Assembly (NCBI GenBank): GCA_050186825.1
Contig: JBFWYD010000026.1
Location: 2,677-66,676, forward strand
DNA length: 64,000 nt
Source: Planctomycetota bacterium
GTDB lineage: Bacteria; Planctomycetota; J058
Direction of reading: 5' to 3'
Below the pieces are notes generated by a model, which was given only the letters and a program-made list of their open reading frames with translations, was not told the DNA's origin and ran no database searches. The position numbers were made by a program, and so were the translations under genes. Shown in pieces: positions 19,048 through 27,561 of this stretch; position 1 is the stretch's first letter, and each line of letters begins with the position of its first letter.

Positions 19048-20352
19048 GTGCGCCGCTACGTCGACCTGGACCTCGTGCGGCTCGCGCCGCGCGCGCGCGA
19101 CCCCGAGGGCAAGGTCGCTGCCGCGCTGGCCTTCAACGCCGCCCTCGGCGACCCCCAGCGCGCCCAGCCGGCGATCCAGGTCGCGGGCACCGCGGGCAAG
19201 GGCTCCGTCTGCACGTTGCTCGCCCACGCGCTCCACGCGGCGGGGCTGCGCACGGGCCTGCACACCTCGCCCTACCTCCAGGCCTTCTGCGAGAAGACCT
19301 GGAGCCTGGGTCGCTACGCCGCGCCCGAGGAGCTCCTGGCCGCGCTGGAGCGCGTGCGCCCGGTGGCCGAGCGCTTCCGCCGCGATGAGTCCCTGCCCGC
19401 CTCGGTGCATGGGCTGTGCTCGCTGGCGCTCACCTACGAGGTCTTCGCCGCGCAGGGCCTGGACGTGGCGGTGATCGAGACCGGCTGCGGCGGCCGCTTC
19501 GACCTGGTGCAGGGGCTGCCGCGCGCGCTGTCCCTGGTCAGCGACCTGGCCCTCGACCACGAGCAGGCCCTCGGGCCCGGGCTCGAGCGCATCGCCTGGC
19601 ACAAGGCGGGGATCTTCGAGGCTGGGGTCCCGGCCGCCGCGCTGGTCGGGCCCGGCTTCGAGGTCCTCGCGGCCGAGGCCGCGCGGGTGGGCGCCCCCCT
19701 GCGCGCGGTCGAGCCCGACGCGCTCTACGCCGCCCCCGACCGCCTGGCGCTCCCGGCCCTGGGCGAGGTCGCGCTCCCCGCGGCGCCGCGCGGCTTCCGC
19801 CGCCGCAACCTGGCCCTGGCCGCGACGGGCCTCGACCTCCTGGCCGCCGCCGGCTGGCCGCTCCGGGCCGAGCACCTCCTGGCCGCGCTGGCGGCCCCGC
19901 CGCCCCCCGGCCGCCTGGAGCAGGTCGAGCCCGCGCCGCGGGTCGTGCTCGACGCCGCCCACAACCCGCACGAGCTCGAGGCCTGCCTGGCCGCCCTCGG
20001 CGGGGCCGACACGCTCCTGCTCGCCCTGAGCGGCGCCCGGGACCCGGCCGCCCTGCTCGCGCCCGTCCGCGCGCTGGCGCGCCCGCCGCGCATCGTCGCC
20101 ACGACCCTCGAGCTCTACGGCAAGGAGGTCGTCCCCGCGGCCGACCTGGTCGCCGCCGCCCGCGCGCTCGACCTCGCGGCCGAGGCCGTGGATCCGCCCG
20201 AGCGCGCCCTCGAGGTCGCCCGCGCGCGCACCGCCCCGGAGGGGACCCTGCTGGTCACGGGCTCGCTGTTCCTGCTCGGCCGCCTGCGCGTGCGCTGGTA
20301 TCCGACCGAGGAGGTCGTGCTCGAGGGCAGCTCCTGGCCCGCGCGGCCCTGA
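19048..20352 (+). CDS. folC: folylpolyglutamate synthase/dihydrofolate synthase (Mur ligase family)
   Basis: VAGTAGKGSV P-loop, LHTSPYL, Mur-ligase middle and C-terminal pattern. The true start may lie upstream of 19048. Confidence 0.8.
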   Translation: MRRYVDLDLVRLAPRARDPEGKVAAALAFNAALGDPQRAQPAIQVAGTAGKGSVCTLLAHALHAAGLRTGLHTSPYLQAFCEKTWSLGRYAAPEELLAALERVRPVAERFRRDESLPASVHGLCSLALTYEVFAAQGLDVAVIETGCGGRFDLVQGLPRALSLVSDLALDHEQALGPGLERIAWHKAGIFEAGVPAAALVGPGFEVLAAEAARVGAPLRAVEPDALYAAPDRLALPALGEVALPAAPRGFRRRNLALAATGLDLLAAAGWPLRAEHLLAALAAPPPPGRLEQVEPAPRVVLDAAHNPHELEACLAALGGADTLLLALSGARDPAALLAPVRALARPPRIVATTLELYGKEVVPAADLVAAARALDLAAEAVDPPERALEVARARTAPEGTLLVTGSLFLLGRLRVRWYPTEEVVLEGSSWPARP

Positions 20353-20555
20353 CAGCGCCGACCGCTTGATTCGCTAGGACTCGTGCCCGTGCCCGTGCCC
20401 GAGGGTCGGAGCGCGATCCTGGCCACGTCAGCTTCTGGCACCGCTTCGCTGGCACGGGCACGGCACGGGAGCTTCGCTCCAAGATCGAGCGGTCGCCGCT
20501 GCGAGTCCCCGGCCCGCCTTTGGCGCGGCGCGCCGCGCGCCGCTAGCGTGCGGCC
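20350..20555. repeat. intergenic mosaic repeat (copy R1) with (GTGCCC)3/(GGGCAC)n inverted arms
   Basis: Starts at the folC TGA with box TGACAGCGCCGACCGCTTGATTCGCTAGG. GTGCCCGTGCCCGTGCCC is opposed by GGCACGGGCACGGCACGGG. Shares the AGCTTCGCTC and CACCGCTTCGCTGG modules with copies at 28744, 60773 and 62436. Confidence 0.7.
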
Positions 20556-21905
20556 ATGACCGCGCTCGACGTGCTGCTGATCACCCCCGAGAACCGGTTC
20601 ATCAAGGCCTTCCGCCGGGGGCAGCTCAACAACTTCGTCCAGCTGACCATGCCCTACCTGGCGGGCTTCGTGCGCGCCCCGCACCGGGTCCGACTGGTGG
20701 ACGAATACAACCAGCGGATCGACCTCGAGGTACGCGCGGACCTGGTCGGGATCACCTGCAACACCCCCAACGCTCAGCACGTCTACGCGCTCGCGGACGC
20801 CTTCCGCGCGCGCGGGCGGCTGGTGGTGCTCGGCGGCCCGCACGCCACGCTGCTGCCCGAGGAGGCCAAGGCCCACTGCGACGCGGTCGTGGTCGGCGAG
20901 GCGGAGGACACCTGGCCCGCGGTCCTGGCCGACGCAGCTCGCGGCCGCCTCGAGCCCTACTACCGCGCCGCGGGCCCGCCCTCCCTCGACGGGCTGCCCC
21001 ACGCGCGCCGTGACCTGATCCACCGGCGCGGGATCCTGCGCGACGTGATCGTGGCCACGCGCGGCTGCCCGCATCGCTGCACCTACTGCAACCTGCGCCA
21101 GATCTACGACCCGAAGATCCGCTTCCGCCCGGTCGAGGAGGTGGTGGCCGAGGTCCGCACCTTCCGCTCCCCCTTCTTCACCTTCTGGGACGACCAGCTG
21201 TTCATGGACCCGGGCTACGCCCGACGCCTGTTCGCCGGCCTCGAGGGCCTGGGCAAGCGCTGGGCCGCGATGGTCACCCTGGCCAGCACCAAGGACGAGC
21301 GCCTGCTGCGCGCCGCCGCCCGCGCGGGCTGCGTGTGCCTGTTCCTCGGGCTCGAGTCCTTCTCGCCCGAGAGCCTGCGCCTCGCCAACAAGGCCTTCAA
21401 CGTGATCGACCGCTACGAGGAGGGGATCGCGCGCATCCACCGCCACGGGATCACGGTCCAGGCCGGGATCGTGTTCGGCTTCGACGGCGACGACGAGTCC
21501 ACCTTCGAGGCCACCCTGCGCGGCGCCACCCGCGCGGGGATCGACGGGGCCACCGTCAGCATCCTGACCCCCTTCCCCCAGACCCCGGTCTACGAGCAGC
21601 TCGCCGCCGAGGGCCGCCTGCTGACCCGCGACTGGAGCTACTTCAACGGCAAGACCGCGGTGACCTTCCGGCCGCGCCGGCTCACCCCGCGCGCCCTGTG
21701 GGACGGCTACATGTGGTTCCGTCGCCGCTTCTTCGCGCCGAGCTGCGTGCTCGAGCGCGCGCGCCGCTCCGGCGTGCGGCCGCTCCAGACCATCGCGCTC
21801 AACTGGGGCTACCGGCGCACGATCGGGAACCGCATCCCCGGAGATCCGATTCCCGCCGTTGTTTCGACCGCGCCGCGCGCGGCTCGCGCGCTGCCCGTCG
21901 CGTAG
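20556..21905 (+). CDS. B12-binding-domain radical SAM protein
   Basis: N-terminal Rossmann-like B12 module (VVLGGPHATLLPEE), CPHRCTYC cluster motif, ...FLGLESFS.... Confidence 0.85.
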   Translation: MTALDVLLITPENRFIKAFRRGQLNNFVQLTMPYLAGFVRAPHRVRLVDEYNQRIDLEVRADLVGITCNTPNAQHVYALADAFRARGRLVVLGGPHATLLPEEAKAHCDAVVVGEAEDTWPAVLADAARGRLEPYYRAAGPPSLDGLPHARRDLIHRRGILRDVIVATRGCPHRCTYCNLRQIYDPKIRFRPVEEVVAEVRTFRSPFFTFWDDQLFMDPGYARRLFAGLEGLGKRWAAMVTLASTKDERLLRAAARAGCVCLFLGLESFSPESLRLANKAFNVIDRYEEGIARIHRHGITVQAGIVFGFDGDDESTFEATLRGATRAGIDGATVSILTPFPQTPVYEQLAAEGRLLTRDWSYFNGKTAVTFRPRRLTPRALWDGYMWFRRRFFAPSCVLERARRSGVRPLQTIALNWGYRRTIGNRIPGDPIPAVVSTAPRAARALPVA

Positions 21906-21911
21906 CGCGGC

Positions 21912-22013
21912 CCGAGTCCGAGGCCGAGACCGAGACCGAGTCCGAGGCCGAGGCCGAGTCCGAGTCCGAGTTCGAGTCCGAGTCCGACGCCGACGCCGAC
22001 GCCGACGCCGAAC
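21912..22013. repeat. hexanucleotide microsatellite (CCGARN)17 including (CCGACG)4
   Basis: 17 consecutive 6-nt units read directly from the sequence, starting 7 nt after the radical-SAM stop. Confidence 0.9.
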
Positions 22014-22095
22014 CAGAGTTCGTGCCCGTGCCCGGCCCTTGCCCGCTTCATTCCGATCCGACTTCGCTGCGGAGTCCCCCCCGCGCTCACACCGG

Positions 22096-22140
22096 GCGAT
22101 CTCCGCGATCTCCGCGATCTCTGCGATCTCTGCGATCTCT
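22096..22140. repeat. 9-nt tandem repeat (GCGATCTCY)5
   Basis: Five head-to-tail 9-mers about 150 nt upstream of the GT9-like gene. A further CGCGATTCC x2 lies at 22201-22218. Confidence 0.9.
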
Positions 22141-22290
22141 GCGCTGAGTACCAACGCCGTCGCCGGTCCTCGCGAGGCCGGACTCGCAGCTCGCTCCGCC
22201 CGCGATTCCCGCGATTCCGGTCACGGTCCGAGGCGGCCGCGCCGGCTGCTAGCCTCCACCGGGCGTCGGCATCCCCGGCGCGGGAGGCGC

Positions 22291-23268
22291 GTGAGGCTGC
22301 TCGTGTTCGACGCCTGGCCCGGCGAGCACGCGATCTGCGGGTCGGGGCTCGGCAGCAGCCTGCTCAAGCTGCCGGCCCTCGCGGACGCGCGCGCGGCCGG
22401 GCACGAGGTCTCTGTGCTCAGCTCGCCGCCGCGGGCGGAGCTGCTCGCCTGCGCGCCCGTGGTCGGCCGCTCGTTCGGGGACCCGGGCCAGGTGCCGTGG
22501 GATGCCTACGAGGCCCTGATCCCCTTCGGCGTCACGGTCCCCGCCGCCCTGCGCGCGGACCCGCGCCTGCGCGCTGGCCCGCGACCCGCCGCTCGCCTCA
22601 AGGCCGACTACGACCTGGTCCCGCACGTGAGCTTCTGGCGCGGGCTGATGGCGAGCGCCCTCGGCGCGCCCTCGCCCACGACCCCTGCCTCGATGTCGGT
22701 CACGCCCTCGGCGGCGGGCCTGGCCTGGGCCCGCGCGCGCCTCCCCTGCGACCGGCCGGTCGTCGCGCTCTCGCTCTCGGCCCTGACCAACCTCAAGCGC
22801 TACCAGCGCTGGTCCGAGGTCGCCCGCGGCCTGCGCCGCGCCCTCCCCGAGGCTCGGATCGTCCTGGTCGGGCAAGAGGCGCCCGGCCCCGAGTTCCCGG
22901 ACGACCTCCTCGACCTGACCCGCGGCACGACCCTCGAGCTGCTGGTCGCGGTGGTCGCGAGCTGCGCGGTCGTGGCCGGGACGGACGGGCTGGTCACCAA
23001 CCTCGCGGTCGCCTGCGGGCGGCCGACGGTCGCGCTGTTCACGGTGATCCGCCCCGACTTCGTGATCGACCCCGGGCTGGCGCTCAGCGCGCCGGCCCGC
23101 GGCCTGACCCATCCGGGTTGCCCGCTCCAGCCCTGCTACGCCCGGCTGGGGGACTACCGGACCGCGGCCTGCCCCCTCGACCCCGCGCTCGGGCCCACCG
23201 CGCCCCCGCGCTGCGCCGACTTCGACCCCGACGCGGTCGTGGCCGCCATCGCGGCCCTCTCCCCCTAG
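22291..23268 (+). CDS. glycosyltransferase family 9 (heptosyltransferase-like) protein
   Basis: GTG at 22291 preceded by GGGAGG. C-terminal ...RIVLVGQEAP...TTLELLVAVVASCAVVAGTDGLVTNLAVACGRPTVALF matches the GT9 signature region. Confidence 0.65.
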   Translation: MRLLVFDAWPGEHAICGSGLGSSLLKLPALADARAAGHEVSVLSSPPRAELLACAPVVGRSFGDPGQVPWDAYEALIPFGVTVPAALRADPRLRAGPRPAARLKADYDLVPHVSFWRGLMASALGAPSPTTPASMSVTPSAAGLAWARARLPCDRPVVALSLSALTNLKRYQRWSEVARGLRRALPEARIVLVGQEAPGPEFPDDLLDLTRGTTLELLVAVVASCAVVAGTDGLVTNLAVACGRPTVALFTVIRPDFVIDPGLALSAPARGLTHPGCPLQPCYARLGDYRTAACPLDPALGPTAPPRCADFDPDAVVAAIAALSP

Positions 23269-23939
23269 AAGGGGATGTCGTCGTCGTCCGCCTCGGGGAT
23301 CACCGGGCGCGGCGCGGGCTTGGGCGCCGGGGCAGCGCCGCCGCCGCCGCCGCCGCTGCGGCCGCCGCCACCACCTGCGCGGCCGCCACCCGCACGACTG
23401 CGGCCGGCGGCTTCGCGTCCGCCGCCGCCGCTACCTCCGGCCCCGCCGTCGCCGCGGGCGGCGTCGGCGCGGGCCTTGAGCTGGTCGATCAGCGCGCTCG
23501 CGTCGCGGCGGCCGACCTCCTCGACGACCTCGACGCCGCACACGTCCTGGAGCAGCTGCTTGAACTCGGCGTCGGTCAGGTGCGCCCGGCGCTTGAGCGA
23601 CAGGATGAAGCCGACCTGCTTCTCGCTCGCGCGCGGCTGGGAGTCGAGGTCGACGCCGCGCTCGCGGGCCTCGGTCTGGAGCGCGTCGATCATCTCGGAG
23701 GCCTGGGCGATGTCGAGGGTCTCGAGGTCCTCCGTGCCGCACACGTCCCCGAGCATCCGCGCGAACTCCTCGTCCGTGAGCCCGACCTTGTCCTTGAGCA
23801 GGCGCACGAAGTTGAGCTGCTTCTCCGAGGCGGGCGGCGGGGCGCCGCGCCGCCCGCGGGGCTTCTCCTCGCGCGGGCCCTCCTCGCCGGGGGGACCGTC
23901 CTCGGGCAGGCGGTCGTCGAGCTCGTCGGTGTCGCTCAC
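23265..23939 (-). CDS. hypothetical protein: two about 65-aa SEKQ..F..LK...LTD.EF repeats, Gly-rich linker, SSB-type C-terminal tip DDDIPF
   Basis: GTG at 23939, 2 nt after the asnS stop. High GC3. The C-terminus ...PVIPEADDDDIPF is read directly. Confidence 0.7.
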   Translation of the reverse strand: MSDTDELDDRLPEDGPPGEEGPREEKPRGRRGAPPPASEKQLNFVRLLKDKVGLTDEEFARMLGDVCGTEDLETLDIAQASEMIDALQTEARERGVDLDSQPRASEKQVGFILSLKRRAHLTDAEFKQLLQDVCGVEVVEEVGRRDASALIDQLKARADAARGDGGAGGSGGGGREAAGRSRAGGGRAGGGGGRSGGGGGGAAPAPKPAPRPVIPEADDDDIPF

Positions 23940-23941
23940 GC

Positions 23942-25861
23942 TCAGGGCTCCTTGCGGTAGATCGTGCGCGGGAAGGGGATCGCCTCGCGGATGTGCTCGC
24001 GGCCGCAGATCCAGGCCACGGTCCGCTCCAGGCCCAGGCCGAAGCCGGCGTGGGGCACGCTGCCGAACTTGCGCAGGTCGAGGTACCAGTCGAAGGCCTC
24101 GCGCGGCAGCCCGTGGGCGTCGATCTGCTGGAGCAGGTAGTCGAGGTCGGTGGCGCGCTCGCCGCCCCCGATCACCTCGCCCACGCCCTCGGGCGCGATC
24201 ACGTCCACGCACAGCGCCTTGGTGTCGTCCTGCGGGTCGCGCTTCATGTAGAAGGCCTTCACCGCGGCCGGGTAGCGGTGGATCATCACCGGCCGGTCGA
24301 AGTGCTCCGAGATCGCGGTCTCGTCGGGCGCGCCCAGGTCGTCGCCGTAGTTGAAGGGCAGCCCCTTGTCCGCGAGCAGCTTGGCCGCCTCGTCGTAGCT
24401 GATGCGCGGGAAGGGCCGCTTGACCCGCTCCAGCGCCGTGGTGTCGCGCTCCAGCGCCGCCAGCTCGGGCTTGCAGCGCTCGAGCGCGCGGCCGACCACG
24501 TACTCCAGGAACTCCTCGGCCAGGTCCATGGCGTCGTCGAGGGTGGCGAAGGCCATCTCGGGCTCGACCATCCAGAACTCGGTCAGATGCCGGCGAGTCT
24601 TGCTCTTCTCGGCGCGGAAGGTCGGGCCGAAGCAGTAGACCTTCCCGTGCGCCATGGCCGTGGCCTCCATGTAGAGCTGGCCGCTCTGGGTCAGGTAGGC
24701 CTCGTCCTCGAAGTAGTCGACCTTGAACAGGTTGGTGGTCCCCTCGCAGGCGGACGGCGTGAAGATCGGCGCGTCGGTGCACACGAAGTCGCGCTCGTAG
24801 AAGAAGTCGCGGATCGCCTGGCTGACCTCGTGGCGGACCCGGAGCACGGCGTGCTGCTTGACCGAGCGCAGCCAGAGGTGGCGCTTGCTCAGCAAGAAGT
24901 CGATCCCGTGGTCCTGGAGCGCGATCGGGAACTCCTCCTTGACGGTGGAGATCACCTCGACGTCGTCGCCCTCGACCTCGTAGCCGCCCGGGGCGCGCTC
25001 GTCCGCGCGGACGTTGCCGCGCAGCACCAGCGCCGCCTCCTGGCCGGCCTCCTTGACCTGGCGCATGGCGTCCTCGCCCACGTCGTCGCGCTTGAGCACG
25101 CACTGGACGATCCCGGTCCCATCGCGCAGGTGCAGGAAGGCGATCTTGCCCTTGCCGCGGAACTTGTAGACCCAGCCGCGCAGCTCCACGCGGGCGCCCA
25201 CGTGCTTGCCCAGGGTGCGGACGGTCGCTCGCTCGCTCACGAAATCCCTCCGATAGAGCCCCTCGGCGCGGATCCGCTCCGCGACGCCTCGGGGCACCAG
25301 GTTCTCCCACGCTTCGCCCGCCAGGATGCGCCGGCGGACCTCGCTCGAGCTGATCGGCACGGGCTCCATGGTCACGGCCCGCGCCCGCAGCCCCTCGGCC
25401 ACCTCGGGCCCGAGCTCCGCCGCGACCACCGCCAGCCCCTGCTCGAGGTCGTAGCCGGGGCGGACCACCGGCACGAAGTCGACCTCGCGCAGGAGGGTCG
25501 GCGCGTCCTTCCAGGTGGGCAGCTCCCCCACGCTGTCGGCGCCGACCACGAACAGCAGCTCGTCCCCGGGCCGCTGCGCGCGCAGCTCGCGCACGGTGTC
25601 TACGGTGTAGCTCGGCCCCGTGCGCACCAGCTCCATCCCCGAGACGCTGAAGCCCGGCCCGGCGGACGCCGCCGCGGCCTGAGTCATCTCGAGACGGTCC
25701 TGGGGCGAGGCCATGTCGGGCTCGCCCGGCTTGTGCGGCGGGCGCGCGGAGGGGATCAGGACCAGCTCGTCGAGCTCGCACGCCGCCTTGACCGCGCGGG
25801 CGACCGCGAGGTGTCCGAGGTGCGGGGGGTTGAACGAGCCGCCGAACAGGCCGACGCGCAT
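23942..25861 (-). CDS. asnS: continuous ORF encoding NadD (nicotinate-nucleotide adenylyltransferase, 25861..25241) fused in frame to asparagine-tRNA ligase (25240..23942)
   Basis: NadD: [18 protein letters not shown]...ISSSEVRRR...GLYRR. AsnRS: ...[23 protein letters not shown]...[21 protein letters not shown]...GGGER...GFGLGLER. No stop between them. GGAGG lies 6 nt before an internal GTG at 25240. Confidence 0.85.
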   Translation of the reverse strand: MRVGLFGGSFNPPHLGHLAVARAVKAACELDELVLIPSARPPHKPGEPDMASPQDRLEMTQAAAASAGPGFSVSGMELVRTGPSYTVDTVRELRAQRPGDELLFVVGADSVGELPTWKDAPTLLREVDFVPVVRPGYDLEQGLAVVAAELGPEVAEGLRARAVTMEPVPISSSEVRRRILAGEAWENLVPRGVAERIRAEGLYRRDFVSERATVRTLGKHVGARVELRGWVYKFRGKGKIAFLHLRDGTGIVQCVLKRDDVGEDAMRQVKEAGQEAALVLRGNVRADERAPGGYEVEGDDVEVISTVKEEFPIALQDHGIDFLLSKRHLWLRSVKQHAVLRVRHEVSQAIRDFFYERDFVCTDAPIFTPSACEGTTNLFKVDYFEDEAYLTQSGQLYMEATAMAHGKVYCFGPTFRAEKSKTRRHLTEFWMVEPEMAFATLDDAMDLAEEFLEYVVGRALERCKPELAALERDTTALERVKRPFPRISYDEAAKLLADKGLPFNYGDDLGAPDETAISEHFDRPVMIHRYPAAVKAFYMKRDPQDDTKALCVDVIAPEGVGEVIGGGERATDLDYLLQQIDAHGLPREAFDWYLDLRKFGSVPHAGFGLGLERTVAWICGREHIREAIPFPRTIYRKEP

Positions 25862-26124
25862 GAATGCCTCGCTGCGCGCCGCGCACACGGCGCGCGAAGG
25901 GGCGGAACGATAACAGGCAGACCAGGGCCAGACCGGGGGAGCGGTGACCCATCCCTCGTCGTCCGGCTCTGGACGAGGAGCTCGCCGCGAGCCCCATCGC
26001 TGAGCCGCTCGCTGCCTCGCTCCTGCCGCGCTGACGTTCCGTGATCCCGTCGCTCCTCCCTCTCCTGAGGCGCGCGAACCTTAACCGAACCCCCCGACAT
26101 CCCCCCGCCGCCCGTACGCGAGTC

Positions 26125-26144
26125 GAGCCCGCCGAAGCGGGCTC
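26125..26144 (-). terminator. hairpin downstream of the tlpA-like gene
   Basis: On the minus strand GAGCCCGC-TTCG-GCGGGCTC (8-bp stem, UUCG loop), about 30 nt after the stop. No U tract. Confidence 0.35.
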
Positions 26145-26170
26145 GTCCGTTGCGTCGGGCTGGGGGTCTC

Positions 26171-27370
26171 CTACTGGGCGCCCGGCTCCCCGTCGCTCTT
26201 CTCGTCCTTCTTCTCCGCCTTCTTCTCGCCGCCGGCGCCCCCGCCGAGCCGCTTCTCGAGCTCGGCCTCGACGCGCTTGATCACCGCGTGGCCGCTGCCC
26301 TTGACCAGGATCTTGCCCTGCTCGTCCACGAGCACCAGGTAGGGGATCCCGAGCACGCCGTAGGACTTGGCCGAGGTGGACTCCTTGTCGAAGACCTTCT
26401 GGTAGCTCGCGCCCAGCTCCTCGGCGCGCTTCTGCTGCTTCTCGAGGGTGTCCTCCTGCCAGCCGAGGCCGATCCCGATCACCTTCAGCCGCGCGTCGTC
26501 CTTGTACTTCTGCGCGAGCGGGATCAGGCGCTTCTTCATCAGCGACACGCAGGGCCCGCACCAGCTGGCCCAGAAGTCCATCAGCACCAGCTTGCCGCGC
26601 AGGCTCTCGAGGGTCACCTCGCCCGCGCCGTGCAGGTCGACGGCCTTCCAGTTGGGGGCCTCGCTGCCCTCGCGCAGGAAGCGCTGGACCAGCAGCGCCT
26701 GGGCCGCGTCGGGGAGCTGGGCCTTGATCGCGTTCAGCTTGCTCAGCTTCTCGTCGAGCTTCTGGTCCTCGTTCTTGCGCTTGGCGTTGAAGGCCAGCTC
26801 GTCGAAGGCCTCCTTGAAGTCGCCGCCGAAGGCCTTGGCGCCGTTCGCATCGATCCACACCATGGCCTTCTCGTAGACCTCGTCGCGGACCTTGTCGAGC
26901 TCGGCCGCGCTCGCCTTCTCGCGGCGCATCTTGTGCACCTTGTTGATCAGGAGGTGGATCTCCTGGAAGGCCGCGTTGGCCGCCAGCGCGTCCTTGATCT
27001 TCTGGGGGACCTTGTCGCTGGCCTTGAGCGCCGCGACGGTGGGCTCGTAGTCCTTGGCGCCCACGAAGCGATAGGTGCGCAGCACGCCCTCGTACTTGTC
27101 GATGGGCAGCTTGTCCCCCATCTGCTCGAGGACGGCCTTGGAGATCCCCCGCAGCTTGCCGTAGGCGGCCTGGCGGTCCTCCTTCGAGGCCTTGCGGTCG
27201 CGCGAGGCGCGCACGGCGGCGATGAAGGCCTCCCAGGCCTTGTCGGGGTCGCTGGGGAGGTCGACCTTCGCCGGCTCGGCCGCGGGCTCCTTCTCGGGGT
27301 TCGGGGTGTCCTGTGCGACGGCCGGCAGGGCGAGCGCCAGGAGCAGGAGGGCGTGCAGGTGCTGCTTCAT
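26171..27370 (-). CDS. TlpA-like thiol:disulfide oxidoreductase with signal peptide and long helical N-terminal domain
   Basis: ATG 27370 after GAGAGGAA. Signal MKQHLHALLLLALALPAVAQ. FWASWCGPC thioredoxin motif. Confidence 0.85.
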   Translation of the reverse strand: MKQHLHALLLLALALPAVAQDTPNPEKEPAAEPAKVDLPSDPDKAWEAFIAAVRASRDRKASKEDRQAAYGKLRGISKAVLEQMGDKLPIDKYEGVLRTYRFVGAKDYEPTVAALKASDKVPQKIKDALAANAAFQEIHLLINKVHKMRREKASAAELDKVRDEVYEKAMVWIDANGAKAFGGDFKEAFDELAFNAKRKNEDQKLDEKLSKLNAIKAQLPDAAQALLVQRFLREGSEAPNWKAVDLHGAGEVTLESLRGKLVLMDFWASWCGPCVSLMKKRLIPLAQKYKDDARLKVIGIGLGWQEDTLEKQQKRAEELGASYQKVFDKESTSAKSYGVLGIPYLVLVDEQGKILVKGSGHAVIKRVEAELEKRLGGGAGGEKKAEKKDEKSDGEPGAQ

Positions 27371-27561
27371 CGGTTCCTCTCGCGACCCACCTGGGGGCCG
27401 CCGGGTGATCGCGGCGCGGCCCCCGCGGGAGGAGCGGCGCCAGGGGGGCGGATTATCCCCTTGAACGCCGGCGGACGCACCAGCCCTCCCGGCCACGGGG
27501 CGCGCGCGCAACTCGCGCGGGGGGGCCGGCTTGCGGGCCGGCCCTGGGGTAACCTCCGCGC

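Noticed and set aside
20444-20460. TGGCAC-containing sequences in repeat copies (20446, 28843, 60960) as sigma-54 promoters.
   Set aside because: The -12 element is missing or the GG-N10-GC spacing is off by one. The motif is part of the (CACGGG)n repeat modules.
21335-22147. Acidic low-complexity ORF (SEAETETESEAEAESESEFESESDADADADAEPEF) and the Arg-rich frame of ORF 21859..23268 across the hexamer microsatellite.
   Set aside because: Neither is in the radical-SAM frame. The peptides are by-products of hexamer repeats. The GT9-like gene has a good GTG plus GGGAGG at 22291, downstream of the repeats.
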